Source: Octopus sinensis (Eukaryota). From it: a DNA stretch of 64,000 nt. Below the pieces are notes generated by a model, which worked only from the letters and a program-made list of their open reading frames with translations, searched no databases and had not been told where the DNA came from. Position 1 is the stretch's first letter, and each line of letters opens with the position of its first letter. The DNA lies in contig NC_043003.1 in the NCBI RefSeq assembly GCF_006345805.1, positions 91,016,001-91,080,000 of the forward strand, read 5' to 3'. The position numbers and the translations under genes are program-made. Below, piece by piece: positions 24,501-38,525 of this stretch.

Positions 24501-25338
24501 CCAATATTGATTTCAAATTTTGGCACAAGGCCAGCAGGTTTGGGGAGGGGCTAAGTAGGTTAAATCAATCCTTGTTCAGTTGGTACTTATTTTATCAACC
24601 CTAAAAGGATGAAAGGCAAAGTCAACCTCAGTAGAATTTGAACTCAGAACACATAGACAGATGAAATGCTGCTAAGCATTTTTCCCAGCATGCTAATGAT
24701 TCTGCTAGCACGCCACCAATATTAGCAAGAATTGTTATTACCTGTCTTATTGTGGGTAACTTTAGAAGTATATTTTTACTACCATATCAGGAAGTATCCT
24801 TTCTATTCTATCTAAAATTTGTTGGATGGGAAGGGTAGTTGATTTCATCGATCTAAGTCGCATTTGAATTTAGAATATAAAGACAGGTGAAATGCCACTA
24901 AGCATTTCGCTCATTGTGCTAACAATTCTGCCAGCTCTCTGCCTTTCATTTACACCCTCTCCTCCTCCTCAATCTCTGATTATTCCTTTCTCGCTCTCTG
25001 TGTGTTTGCGTGCATGTGTAGCACCCCTTTACTCATTTCCTGGCACAAAACCTAGCATATGCACTCATCCTGTACCTCCTAAGTTAACTCTCTCTCTATT
25101 TCTCTTTTACTCTCCATCTACCCATGAAGTTAAAGCATGACTGGAGAAACAGTTGTTTCAGCTATTTTTATAGAGAGATTGCTGCTGCCATCATCATCAT
25201 CATCGTCATTTTTAGCATGCAGATATTGCAACATCAAAGACCTAAATATTAAACTTCAGTGTGCCATAACTACAGCCATCCTTTGACTAAAGTTAGGTTC
25301 CATAGAGCAAATACATGTTTTTCTTACTTTCATTTCAG

Positions 25339-25358
25339 AATATGAAGAAGTTTTGAAG
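25339..25358 (+). CDS. Candidate 20-nt microexon (E)YEEVLK
   Basis: TTTTTCTTACTTTCATTTCAG|AATATGAAGAAGTTTTGAAG|GTAAGC: near-perfect acceptor and donor; only the phase-1 frame is open. Confidence 0.5.
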
Positions 25359-26629
25359 GTAAGCAATGCCAACCATCTCAATGAACCATTCATTCGGTTG
25401 TGTATGATTTTGTTGTCTACAATTTTGTCTTCACTGCTAATGCAATGTTCCTACCTTCTCTTTATTTTCAGTTACACAAATAGGCATTTAGTTGCACCAT
25501 TATGCAGCTTTTAATTGCTTATAAACTTGACCAAACGACATATATTGACTGCTGATTTTGACACAGGGCCAGCAACTTTGAATGGAGGAGAATAATCAAA
25601 AACCATCAACCCCCAATATTTAACTGACATGTTTACAAGCATCTATATATACATATACATGCATGCACTAACCCTTTCTTATACACACTCACCCACACAC
25701 ACACACACACATATATATATATAGAGACACATAAAACACATATTTGTATAATCTCTTTTGGATTAACTTGCATTTGAAGATGGAAAAGAAGCTGCCCTCA
25801 TGATCGTTAAGTGTAAAATAAGGTATCTGCATGACAAAACAGTCCATGCATCCTCCTATTTTTATTTGAGAAGGTGGTTCTTTCACATCTATGTTTATGA
25901 TGCCATGTATGATGAAGCTGTTTATTTGCTTTGTATGTTTTAATGATGTTGAACCTGAATGTGTATTGTCCTGTTTTCACATTCTTAGTTTTGTGCACAT
26001 GTATGTGGATGTTGAGGATTCTTTGGAGGATTTTGTGTAACTAGTCTTAAAAGAAATAAACAAATTTTAAAAAAGAAATGAAGCTCCATCACTGGAATCT
26101 AGTCATCAATTTTATTAAACTAAACTGTAGGAAATTTCATATAATTTATATATTTCCCTTGAAAACCTTAAGTTTTCAATATTATTATTTAAATACTTAG
26201 TGCAACCAAGTATGTCAGTAATTACAGGTACACATATACAGTTATGGTTTCAAAGCACTTGTCCATAAATATCACCTTATTTTGTTTTTAATGAAATGTT
26301 TACATTCACTGGGTAACTGATCTTCATAGCAGGACCTAATTTTTGTTGAGTGTTTCACACAGCTACTTAAGATTTGTAGACATTATCACTTCGTAAAGAT
26401 ATTTATAATTAAATTCCACTAATATTTGTTAAGATGAAATATGTGAATGAACTCAATCAAATCTAATCCCCATATTTATTAAAGAGTTGTTCTTTCTCAG
26501 ATATCATTGTGTATTTTACAGTATAGAATCAATCTGAAAGAGAAAAGAGAAACAAAAAAACTCAGTGAATTTGATTCTCTTATCTGTCTCATCTTGGAAC
26601 TTATAATATCTAACATTGCTTCATATTAA

Positions 26630-26848
26630 CCCTTTAGCATTTAAACTGGTCATCTCCAGCCCAAATATTCTACCAGTTTTATGTTCAAATTGGCCAGATC
26701 TGGCCTTTCACAGCTACCCTGCAGTGTCATTCTAAAAAAATAAACCATCACATCATCCAAATCTCAAAGCTAAGAGATAATGCAGGATTAATTCAAAACA
26801 ATAAATAAATAAGCATTACAATTGACAAAGTATTCTGAAGGTAAAGAG
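26630..26848. mobile_element. piggyBac-type MITE
   Basis: TTAA at 26626-26629 and 26849-26852; CCCTTTAGCAT start, decayed ..TAAAGAG end; related fragment at ~18150-18270. Confidence 0.65.
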
Positions 26849-27779
26849 TTAAGTACAGACAAAGGTGTATGGTTCAGAAGTTTGCTTTCCAACTCCATGG
26901 TCTCAGATTCAGTCCCACAGCATAATAACTTACAATTGCTGCCTTCACTTCAGTTTAGAAGCTACTAAGGTATCAGGAAGAAAGACATGTTACAGATTTT
27001 GCTTGTCACTATTTTATGGGGTCAGTTTTAATTTATAGACTAGTTTTATCAAATCTTTGTATATCTAAGGCCAAGAAAACAAGGAGTAGTGTCTGTTAGG
27101 AATGGGGCTGAGGGAGTCGCCAGAAATCATAGTGGGTAAGTCATAAAAAACTATCAATATTTATTACAAGCAATATCAAGAGATTTGGTGAAGGAAACCT
27201 TAAATCAAGATGTTAGCTGACAATTAAGGGGGCTGGCCACTAGCAGACCATAGAAAACAGGGGAAATCTTATCATATATTTCTATAAGTTAAAATATTTT
27301 AAAACAACATTGTCATATTGTATAAAGTTAAAGTTTAGGGTGTATTCTCAAAAGAAGATGATTAAGAAGAATATTATAACAAAAAGGATAAAAATATTTT
27401 TTGAATACTTTTGAGAATATACCAAACATTTACCACAATAGAGGAAAGAAAAGAAAAGGAATTATCAAGAAATAGTTTTAAATTTATACATATTATATAC
27501 TTAAATATTAACTTATCAGATGGTATCTATGAATATTGATCAATTGGTATATACTGGTATTTAATAAAGGAGTACTGAGGTAACAGAACATGCTAACTAT
27601 ATATTAATTAAATTATAAAAAATTTTTAAGCATAAAGATAAAAGTAAACTGATTAATAATCAATTAGATTTTAGGGTATCATGTATACATAGTGTACAAA
27701 CTCAGTGCTTTTAATGGCGGAACAAACAGGACAAAAAGATTACCAAAATAGCAATTCTCACTTTGAAACTAACAATTTT

Positions 27780-27915
27780 GAAAATCTTTTTAAATTATGG
27801 AATGCCCCACTCTCTCGTGTATCCGTGTTTAAAATTTCAGTGCGATTGCATGAACAATAGTCAATTATAAGCACACAAACAGACAGACAGACAGAACAGG
27901 ATTTATATATAAAGA
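27780..27915 (-). mobile_element. Helitron-type 5' terminus fragment
   Basis: Minus: TCTTTATATATAAATCCTGTTCTGTCTGTC.., similar to the terminus at ~2500. Confidence 0.5.
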
Positions 27916-27939
27916 TATATATGAGACCCACTTTGGTCA

Positions 27940-28260
27940 TGACACTGACCATGGGATTGCACCTAGAAAGTTACCCTCCCAGACACAAGTCTGGGCAAGG
28001 TTGTTTACAGAAGACCAGCAGTTGCCCATGCATACCGGCCTCCCCTCTCCACGCCACCAGTGTTATCTAAAGAAAAGGCAATGGCCGATACAGCTTGGCA
28101 CCTGTGATGTCGCAACTCATTTCTACTGCTGAGTGAACTGGAGCAACATGAAATAAAGTGTCTTGCTCAAGAACACAACACGCAGCCTGGTCCGGGATTC
28201 AAGCACACAACCTCACGATCATAAGCTCAACGCTCTAACCACTGAGCCATGCGCCTTCAC
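27940..28260 (-). mobile_element. tRNA-derived SINE (family 3-like)
   Basis: Head GGCGCATGGCTCAGTGGTTAGAGCG..TTGAATCCC. Confidence 0.75.
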
Positions 28261-28423
28261 AAAGATATATATATATATATATTATATATATTATAATAAA
28301 TTAGAGACAAAACCACTATTATGCAAATCAAACAAAGAAAGACTTAAGCCAATACATAAAATATAAAATAATTTATATAAATTAAAATTTAACAAATGAA
28401 TAACATCGCTAAGAAGGTTTAGA

Positions 28424-28474
28424 AACCACCTGAAGAATGTCTAAGATGTGCTGACACGAACGATCGTAGTGGTT
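28424..28474 (+). ncRNA. Minimal hammerhead motif (family E) in the spacer of a 117-bp inverted repeat; lacks one A of GAAA
   Basis: AACCAC-CUGAAGA-A-UGUC..GACA-C-GA-ACGAUCGU-A-GUGGUU. Confidence 0.65.
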
Positions 28475-28910
28475 ATTCATTTGTTAAATTTTAATTTATA
28501 TAAATTATTTTATATTTTATGTATTGGCTTAAGTCTTTCTTTGTTTGATTTGCATAATAGTGGTTTTGTCTCTAATTTATTATAATATAATATTTTATTA
28601 TAAAATTGGATTCAATCTTAAATCTGATTTCCTTATAAATTTGGATTTATTCCCTAATATTTATTATTATATATATATATATATATCCATGTATGCATGT
28701 ATATATTTGTGTGTCTATGCTTGTCCCCCACCATCGCTTGGCAGCCAATGTTGATGTGTTTATGTCTCCATAACTTAGCAGTTTGGCAAAAGAAACCAAT
28801 AGAATAAGTTCTATGATTACAAGAATAAGTCCTGGGGTCGATTTGTCCAACTAAAGGCAGTGCTCCACCATGACTGCAGTCAAATGACTGAAACAAGTAA
28901 AAGAATAAAA

Positions 28911-28947
<37 letters not shown>

Positions 28948-28989
28948 TGTGTGTGTGTGTGTATATATATATAAATATATATATATATT

Positions 28990-29217
28990 CTCTTTCTCTT
29001 TTCTTTTTTACTTGTTTCAGTCAATAGACTGTGGCCATGCTGGAGCATTGCCTTTAGTCGTGCAAATCGACCCTGGGACTTATTCTTTGTAAGCCCAGTA
29101 CTTATTCTATCGGTCTCTTTTGCCGAACCGCTAAGTGACGGGGACGTAAACACACCAGCATCGGTTGTCAAGCAATGCTAGGGGCACGAACACAAACACA
29201 CACACACATATATATGT

Positions 29218-29268
<51 letters not shown>

Positions 29269-29433
29269 TACAACAGGCTTCTTTCAGTTTCCGTCTACCA
29301 AATCCACTCACAAGGCATTGGTCGGCCCGGGACTATAGCAGAAGACACTTGCCCAAGATGCCACGCAGTGGGATTGAACCCGGAACCATGTGGTTGGTAA
29401 GCAAGCTACTTACCACACAGCCACTCCTGCGCC
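28990..29433 (-). mobile_element. Family 1 SINE (young)
   Basis: Full match; a + strand 3' half lies adjacent at 28720-28915. Confidence 0.85.
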
Positions 29434-29459
29434 TATATATATATATATATATATATATA

Positions 29460-29500
<41 letters not shown>

Positions 29501-30029
29501 TATACATATATATATATATATCATCATCATTGTTTAGCATCCATCTTCTATGCATGCATGAGTAGGATGATTGACAGAAGCCAGCTAGGTAGAAGACTAT
29601 TACAACCTACTATGTCTATTTTGGCTCGGTTTTTACAGCTGGTTGTCCTTCCTTATACCAACCACTCTGCAGAGCAGACTGAGTGCTTTTTATGTCGCAC
29701 TAGCACAGGCAAGGTCAGTTTTGGCATGGTTTTTTACACCTGGATGCCATTCCAAATGCCAACTGTTTTACAGTGTGGACTGGACGCTTTGCACATGGCA
29801 CCAGCACCAGCAGGGTCACCACGTGCAAGAGAGAGATGGTAGTGAAGTGCCAGGGTATACTCACAGCTAACAAGGAGCAGAGTATAGATGGATGGTAGAG
29901 TAAGGAAGCTATATATATTAGTGAATGGATAAATGAAAAAGAAGGCATTCAACACAGTAGGAGTTACATATATTGGCACAAATGAAATCAAACTGTTTTA
30001 AATATATATATAATATATATAACGATAAA

Positions 30030-30336
30030 CGTCACCCTTTTCAAGCCTAACCAAGCTCATGGGCCCGGTTTCCTGATTTCTGTGGTGTATGCGTTCACCC
30101 CAGCTGGACAGGATGCCAGTCCATTGCAGTGTTACTCAAGAAACAGGAAGAGAGAGTAAGAGAAAGTTGTGGTGAAAGAGTACAACAGGGGTCACCACCA
30201 CCCCCTGCCAGAGCCTCGTGGAGCTTTTTAGGTGTTTTCGCTCAATAAACACACACACAACGCCTAGTCTGGGGATCGAAACCGCGATCCTCCGACCACG
30301 AGTCTGCTGCCCCAACCACTGGGCCATTGCACCTCC
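30030..30336 (-). mobile_element. tRNA-derived SINE (family 4)
   Basis: Head GGAGGTGCAATGGCCCAGTGGTT..GGTTTCGATCCCC. Confidence 0.75.
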
Positions 30337-30360
30337 ACATATATCATATATATATATATT

Positions 30361-30394
<34 letters not shown>

Positions 30395-33300
30395 TACATA
30401 TAAGTACATGTATGTATGTGCATGCATACATGCATCCATGCGTGTATATGTTTGTGGCAGTGTCACCTGATTGCAAATGTAACACAGATATGCTATGCTT
30501 TCCAATAGTCACAAACATTTTTTATTCTCATTGAACAGCACATCTGCCATAAACACTATAGAACATTATGAGATGAATCCATGATCCAATTTCAATTCTA
30601 GGTTGAAGCCATTTCAATTCACTAATACCATCAATGACTTTGAGAAAAGCATAACTGCTGTAATAATCAACTCATCCCTTGAAAATGGAAAGTTTTCTGG
30701 TTAATTCGGTGGTGAAGTTTTATTTACATGGTTGACATTATTCTTATGCTTTATTTTTTACTTGTTTCAGTCATTGGACTGCGGCCATGCTGGGGTTTAG
30801 TCAAACAAATCAACTCCAGTAATAATTTTATCTTTTTTAAGCTGGTATTCATTCTATCAGTCTCTTTTGCTGAACTGCTAGATTACAGGGACATAAACAA
30901 GCCAACATCGGTTGTCAAACACAGTGGTAGGGAACAAATACACACAGAACGACACACAGTATGTGTGTGTATGTATGTATGTATATATATGTATATATTT
31001 ATATATATATAATATAAATAATATATATATATATGCATATATGGATACAGGATGTCACAAAACACAAACAACATGAAATACAAGTGTATATACTATCTAT
31101 GTACACACACACGTGATGGGCTTCTTTCAGTTTCCATCTACTAAATTCACTTACATGACTTTGGTTGGCCTGAAGTTATAACAGAAGGTACCACACAGTG
31201 GGACTTAACATGGAACCATGTGGTTAGCAGGCAAACTTCTTACCATGCAGCCTGTATGGATTAAGGTGCATACTTTTAATTAAAATTGATTTCTGTGAAG
31301 ATCATCATCATCATTTTAACATTTACTTTTCTATATTTACACGGATCAAATAGCATTTGTCAAGGCAGATTTTCTACATCTGGATCGCCTCCTCCTTGTC
31401 ACCAATCCTCACTTGTTTCCAAGTAAGATAATATGTTCCCATGACTGGACATGTTTTCAAAGAAGATTGGAAATGATTGCATGTTCTGTTTGCATCATGG
31501 TGACATTTAAAACTAATATGTGATATCAAAACAAGGAAATACTAGCACATACATATACACAAACATACATTCCATAGCTACTGCCACCCACCAATCTATA
31601 GGATAGAGTAGTCATTATCTCCCCTGTAGTAAGACACTTGTGCTTGTCCCTCTATCATATTTTGGCCTCTCAACACCAGGCATAATGCCACCTGCTCTTC
31701 CCAAATACTTCCTTCCCCACTTAATCAAGGTAGCTTTTTCATTGTCTTGCAAGATACTTTTTACTTAACAACTTTACTGGCGTAGGTGGCATGCACTACA
31801 TACTGAAATGTACTTGACATTAGGAAGGGCATCCAGCCATAGAAACCATACCAAAGCTGATATTGAAACTTGACACAGCCCTGTCACTCGCTGGATCCTG
31901 TCAAAGCATCCAACTCACGTTGGTGAGAAGGAGAGGGGGGGGAGAAGGAGAGGAGGGGGAGAAGGAGAGGAGGAGGAGGAGGATATGGGTTTCTTTCAGT
32001 TTTCATCTACCAAATCTGTTCACAAGGCTTTGCTTGGTTCAGGACTTTAGTAGAAGACACACACTAAAGGTGCCATGCAACTGGACTAAGCCTAAAACAA
32101 TGCAGTTAAGAAACAAATTTCTTAACCACACAGCCATGCCTGCGCCTAAACCACGATTGGTGGCAATGAACAAGGTGCACATAAATATCATGTGACATCA
32201 CATAATAACCATGCAGATTAACAAACAATGAAAGAACAACAGAAGGAAGTGGATTGCTTGGAAAATTCAAACAGAAAACTGTTACTCTCATAACTTTTCC
32301 ACTCACTAACCGATGATATTATGTAGATGTGATGACTGTTTAAAGGTATTTAACTCCTTTCCATGAGGTTGTTTGACTGTACCCTGCTTACTTTCACTTT
32401 ATATTTAGATGTCAAGAATAGGCACCAGATCAATTAGAAAATATAAAGAGAAAACTTGAATGAGAATACGTGAATAGAGTGGATGTATAAAAGAATGCCA
32501 TTTGACACACACTTCTCATTTCTTCTTTGAGAAATGGCTCTGCCCCAATAATCTTCGGATCTGCTTCCTTTCCTCAGGATGTGAATGTATTCATTTCTGT
32601 GACTTTTATGACTTATTCTAAGTGATGCAAATCACCTCTGGTTTCATTGGACGGCAAATTTTAAAAATCTCAATGAGAAATACTGCACTTAATAAACTGA
32701 TATACTATTCAGAGAAGATTTATGTTAGACTCATTGGAACTTAAAAGTAAATAAAAATTCGCTCTTATTAACCATATATAATATTTTGATGATAAAGATG
32801 TCTCCTAAGTATTGGTTCCTAACCCTGAGAACACTACAGACATCTCATAAATCTTCCACAAAATTTCCCATTAATCCATATTCCATACACAGGCTTAATA
32901 ATGACAAAATCATTTTACTAATTCTTTATGTTTTTTTTTCTTTTTTCAATTACTTGAAGCAACAGTAGTGTATGTCTTGGGCTAGTATTTTAGTCTCTGA
33001 CACACAATATTTTCAAAGTGGGACAACCATATATCTCCTCTACAGCAAGATACCTATTCCTGTTCCTCTATCATTCTTTAGCCTCTCACTATCTAGCATA
33101 TAGCCAGCTCCCTCTCTAATACACTGTCACTTAGTTGAGGAGTCTTGTTGATTGTGTGAGTTACTTGGTAACCTGACTAGTGCCACCAGTACCACAAAAA
33201 ATGCACCAAGTACTCTCTGTAAAATGGTTAGCATTAAGAAGGATATCCAGCCATAGAAACCATGCCAAAGCAGACATTGGAGCTCAATGCAGTCCTCTAG

Positions 33301-33739
33301 CTTGTCAGATCCTGTTGAACCATTCAACCTATGCCAGTATGGTTGGCAGACTTTAGATGATGAGGATTATGATTAAACAATTAGAGTCCTACAAAGCTAT
33401 TCGCAATCCACAGCACCAAGAACAAATATAATATTTCCTGATACTTTTTGATTGCAATATTGATTCTTTGGAGGGCAGAGAGTTGGTAGAATCATTACAG
33501 CATCAGAAAAAATGCTTTGCAGCCTTTGTTCTGGCATCATACTCTCAGTTCAAATCCCACCAGGGTCGACTTTGCCAGTCATCCTTTCAGGATTGACAAA
33601 ATGATAAAATAAAGTATCAGTCAACTGCTAGGGGAGAGGGATAAATGTAATTGACTTGACCCCTCCCCTCAAAACTGCTGGCTTTGTACTTAAATTAGAA
33701 AGGATCATAAATTAGTTAATGAGTAAATGAGTTAATATT

Positions 33740-33985
33740 CGAGGCAGCAACTGAGGGCTGGAAGAGGTCTAAATACAGGCCTCGCATCAGATGGCTGGAC
33801 ATAATTGGGGAAAATCTCCAGAGGTTCAATATCACTTGGAGGTTGCAGAGGGACTGGCACAGGATCCCCAGCAATGAAGAGCACTGGTGGACCTGGTCAG
33901 CTCTACACATGATGACGCATCTGAGATCACTAACTTGGAATGACCCCAGCCCAATCAAGTAAAAGCACGAAGCCAAGCCAAGCCT
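33740..33985 (+). mobile_element. RTE LINE 3' end
   Basis: GRPxIRWLDIIGENLQRFNIT-like remnant followed by a (CCAAG)n tail. Confidence 0.55.
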
Positions 33986-36167
33986 AAATGAGTAAATATA
34001 CAAATGGAACCTATGAAGAGATCACATCTGAAATTCTACTACATTATAATCAATCACTGTTCACTAACTGACAACCAATCACAATATTAAGGCTTCTCTT
34101 CACACCAACCAGTCACTATATAATCGCTACCCACCTTCATCTAACCTGTTATTTGCTTATGCATTTACTCTTGAAACAAAAATAATAGCTCATAAACCTA
34201 TCAATGGGCTTATTTATCTGTTCAAACATTCATATTGACATTAACCATTATCTTGTTTTAATTGCTCCCCTCAGGCGATGGCTGCCTGCATGACCAAAAA
34301 TTCAGTTAATATGTCCTCATTCTCTGGTAGAACAAATGTATATTTGTCTTCTTTTTATAGTAACCAAAGGTTAAAGAATATGAACAGCTCAACATTACTT
34401 TGGTTAGTAGATCTTCCATTTGTTTGTTCACACAGCAAGTGTGTGGGCTATGCTAGCGCGATAATATGGTATCAGTTCATTCGTCTCGACCAGATAGAAA
34501 CCAATGCCATAAGGCTGTGATTTAGCAAATGAGTTTTTGAACACTCCTTTCCTTTACTGGTGTAGGTGACATGCACTACATACTGAAATGTGCTTGACAT
34601 TAGGAAGGGCATCCAGCCATAGAAACCATACCAAACCTGATATTGAAACTTGACACAGCCCTGTCACTCGCTGGATCCTGCCAAAGCATCCAACTCACGT
34701 TGGTGAGAAGGAGAGGAGGAGGGGGAGGGGAGAAGGAGAGGAGGAGGAGGAGGATATGGGTTTCTTTCAGTTTTCATCTACCAAATCTGTTCACAAGGCT
34801 TTGCTTGGTTCAGGACTTTAGTAGAAGACACACGCTAAAGGATAATACTCTAATTCTACACTTTATCACATTCAAGAATATAAACACGTTTTTAAGCACA
34901 ACACACGCAGAGTCAAAAAGAAACACCACCTTTCACCAGAACTATGTGAATGACAGTGCTGTCTCTCCCTAGCATGAAGCTTCCTATCTCAGACATGTGA
35001 GCATGGACACAACAGCCAAACACCACATCGCTGGAACTGTGAAGCGCATAGTTCTATACAAGGATTTTAATATTTTTTCATAAACTAGGGGATGGCTACA
35101 GATATTCAGCTTAAATATTATATAATGTACAAGTATAATGAAAGAATTGTAGAAAAAAAGGCTTATATTGAATGTTATCGATAATATCGAGTGGAAATAG
35201 GGGGTGTTGCAGTTCCATAGTGTCTCTATATACGAGCCGCAACTGGTTTTTGAATATATTGTACGAAAATGTACGTTCATCTTGAAGGAAAAGCCTTATT
35301 GGGAGAGAGAGATGCGTGTGTGTGTGTGTGTACGGGTTATAAGGCAAATAATAGTAATAATAATTTCTTCTTTATTGGCCATAAGAGCCTCGAAAACATT
35401 TAAGACAATACAAAGACAAAAGGTAGTGGGAATTACAACAAAGAAATGAGATTTGTAGCCCGAGATACTCTATATTTACAAACACACATACACATAAAAC
35501 ATTGAAAGAAACAAACATAAACATCTAGACATGTCCACGCAATTAAATACACAGACACAGACAATGACTGCGTGTGTATTCGTGCGGTTCAAAAGTTACA
35601 TGTTGAGGCATTTGTGTATGAATAATAATAATAATAAACAGAAAGGAGGGAGTCAAAATAAAAAGAGGAAGAGAAGTAATCTTTGTTGTCAAAAAAAGGA
35701 AATGCGAGGATTAAAAGCAGTGATGGTGGGGATGACGAAAGATATTCGTGAAATGTGTTAAAGACAGGGGCCTTCACATTACTTCATCATCACCATCACA
35801 ATAAACACAGTATTATAAGATATTAGAAGGAGATGGGATGTTGATAGGCTTCGAAGTTTGAAAAGGACAAAGAATGATGATAATACAGGTATTTGTAAAG
35901 GTAGGGGAGTGCATGATGGATAGTGGTGGTGTTGCAGTGAGTGTGTGAGAAGGAGAGGATAAACATAAAACCTCGAAAAGAGTAAGAAGGGAAAAAAAAC
36001 CAAAAAAAAAAACAGGTCAGGTATGAAGTTATGAATGAAATGTAGAGCGGGAAATTGTCAAGAAGGAAATACTTGATCTGATATTTAACTGACATTGCTT
36101 TAACTTTCTTACGAAGTATTGATTTACAAATACTATGCTGATACACACATGAGTGTGTATGCGTGTT

Positions 36168-36213
<46 letters not shown>

Positions 36214-36499
36214 ATATACTGTTAATAATCGGCTGAAGTAACAGTGGCTCAAGTACCGAGTTTTGTGCGTTGGTCAACACACGAAATTCGGCCTTTAAGT
36301 CACACTAACTTCTACCAATTATTAATGTATGTGTGTTTGGTTGAAAATTTACCGAAAAAAAAACAACAGAAGTAGAACTCAGTCTATGAATATATGTATT
36401 ATTTTTAATTAGCAGGTTACAAAATGATGCAATATATATATATATGCGCGCGCGTGTTGTGTACATACACGTAGGTATCTGGCATTCCAGAATGGAGTT

Positions 36500-36830
36500 A
36501 GAAATTGTCTAGTGCAGCAAAACCCGCAATTTCTCAGGGTGTTTATGTTTTAAGCATTCATAGATTACAATTTTGAAGGGAGAGGGGGTAATTTTTGAGC
36601 TTTCACTTTTTTGAAAATATTTTTAGATTCATGATTTAAACTTTTGCGATAATGATTCTTCAGAAATATGCCTAACTTTTTAAAACATATATCTGGAAAA
36701 AAGTCAAAAATGAAAAATTTACGGAAAAGAGATGATCAAAATTACATACGCGCGCGCTATTTATATATATAATCATTAGCATGATCGTAATCTACGATGC
36801 TTAAAACATACATATCCGAAGAAATTGCTT
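36500..36830. mobile_element. MITE-like element with imperfect TIRs
   Basis: TGTTTTAAGCATTCATAGATTACAATT (~36546) vs ATCGTAATCTACGATGCTTAAAACA (~36784); related end at ~42110. Confidence 0.5.
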
Positions 36831-38129
36831 TTTTTAATGCTTTTGATGCATTAGATAATTTCCGACTCTATTCTTCAGGAACGCCCTTGGATCTACAGTG
36901 ATATGGCCAAAGTATTCAAAGCTTTTAACAGCAAAATGTAGTAGACCTACTGTAGCAACCAAATTTCTTCAAATTATACACTACTGCATTTAAAAAAGTG
37001 GAAAGGCACATTAGACAATGTAATCTAAGATTCCTAAGAGCGTCCTCTTGTTAGAGTATCTTGGAAGACCGTTTGATCATATGTCTATTGACTTGCGGGT
37101 AAACAACATTAATTATATTCAACTTTGGGAGATATTTATTTCATCCTAGATTTTATAAGATCCAAGATTGGGGGGGGGGGCTAATGTTCCCCAGGGACCT
37201 TATCTCAGCGATTTTCACCCTTTCTTAATCCACTGAATATTGATTGGCACTAGATGATCTATCATGACACACCAAAAACCGTCCTGCAGACATTCGTTCA
37301 GTATCCAGGTATTGCTGATATTTGAAGTGTTGCTATCTAGTAAAGGCAGATCTAACTATTGACCAAGTCCATTGTGAAAACTGGCCTGCCGCTTTCCTTT
37401 GACCAGGAAAGACAAGGAGTTTTTCACAGTCTGATGACAATGGCGAAGGAAGTTGTGTGATGGACCCGACTGAAAGGACTAAAGACACTTTCTTCATCAA
37501 TTTTTTTCATGTTCCACTTGAAAGAAGAATTATGGATGAAGAGGGAAATACTACTTCTCTGCAAATTTATTGAAAACTGGGTAAAAGCGGTGAGCATTGC
37601 CCATGTGACTAGAACTTAACATTTGCCTCTAACCCAGGAAATGAGAGTTGAGAGCAAGGCACTTAGTCTTAGTAATAGGGGTAATCTTGGATTTGTGGGA
37701 TTCCTTGATTGGTTCTGGGTGAAGGTCTCCTTCCCTGGGGATTTTAGCACACAGTTTATAACCGTGTATACAATTTTCTCCCTTCCTCTTCAGTTTTTTT
37801 AACATCCGATTAAATTCTGAGATCAAATCCCGCCGAGGCCAACTTTTGTCTTTCTTCTTTCCGGGATCGATAAAATGAGATACTAGTCAAAATTACTGGC
37901 CTTGTGCACAAATCAGAAACTATTATTTTGAGTTGGCTAACTCGTCAGATTAGCGGGAAAATGGTTTTCAGGATTTCTTCCGACTCTAATCCCATCAAGT
38001 TCAATATTGCCTTTTCATCATTCCAGTTTCGATAAAATAGAAGTCGGCCTAACTTACTCGCTTCAAAATTATTGACATACCTAAATTAGAGACCATTTTA
38101 TTGTTATTATTATTATCACCAGCAAGAAG

Positions 38130-38525
38130 GCGGCGAGGAGCTGGCAGAAACGTTAGCACGCCGGACGAAATGCCTAGCGGTATTTCGTCTGCTGCTACGT
38201 TCTGAGTTCAAATTCCTCCGAGGTCGACTTTGCCTTTCATCCTTTCGGGGTCGATTAATTAAGGACCAGTTATGCACTGGGGGCGATATAATCGATTTAA
38301 TCCGTTTATCTGTCCTTGTTTGTCCTCTCTGTGTTTAGCCCCTTGTGGGTAGTAAAGAAATAGGTATTTTGTCTGCCGCTACGTTCTGAGTTCAAATTCC
38401 GCCGAGGTCGACTTTGCCTTTCATCATTTGGGGGTCGGTAAAATAAGTACCAATCGAGTACTGGGATCGATGTAACCAACTATCCCCCTCCCCCAACTTC
38501 AAGCTTTGTGCCTATAGCAGAAAGG
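38130..38525 (+). mobile_element. Two tandem family 2 SINEs with intact CpGs
   Basis: Repeated CGCTACGTTCTGAGTTCAAATTCC..GAGGTCGACTTTGCC. Confidence 0.8.
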
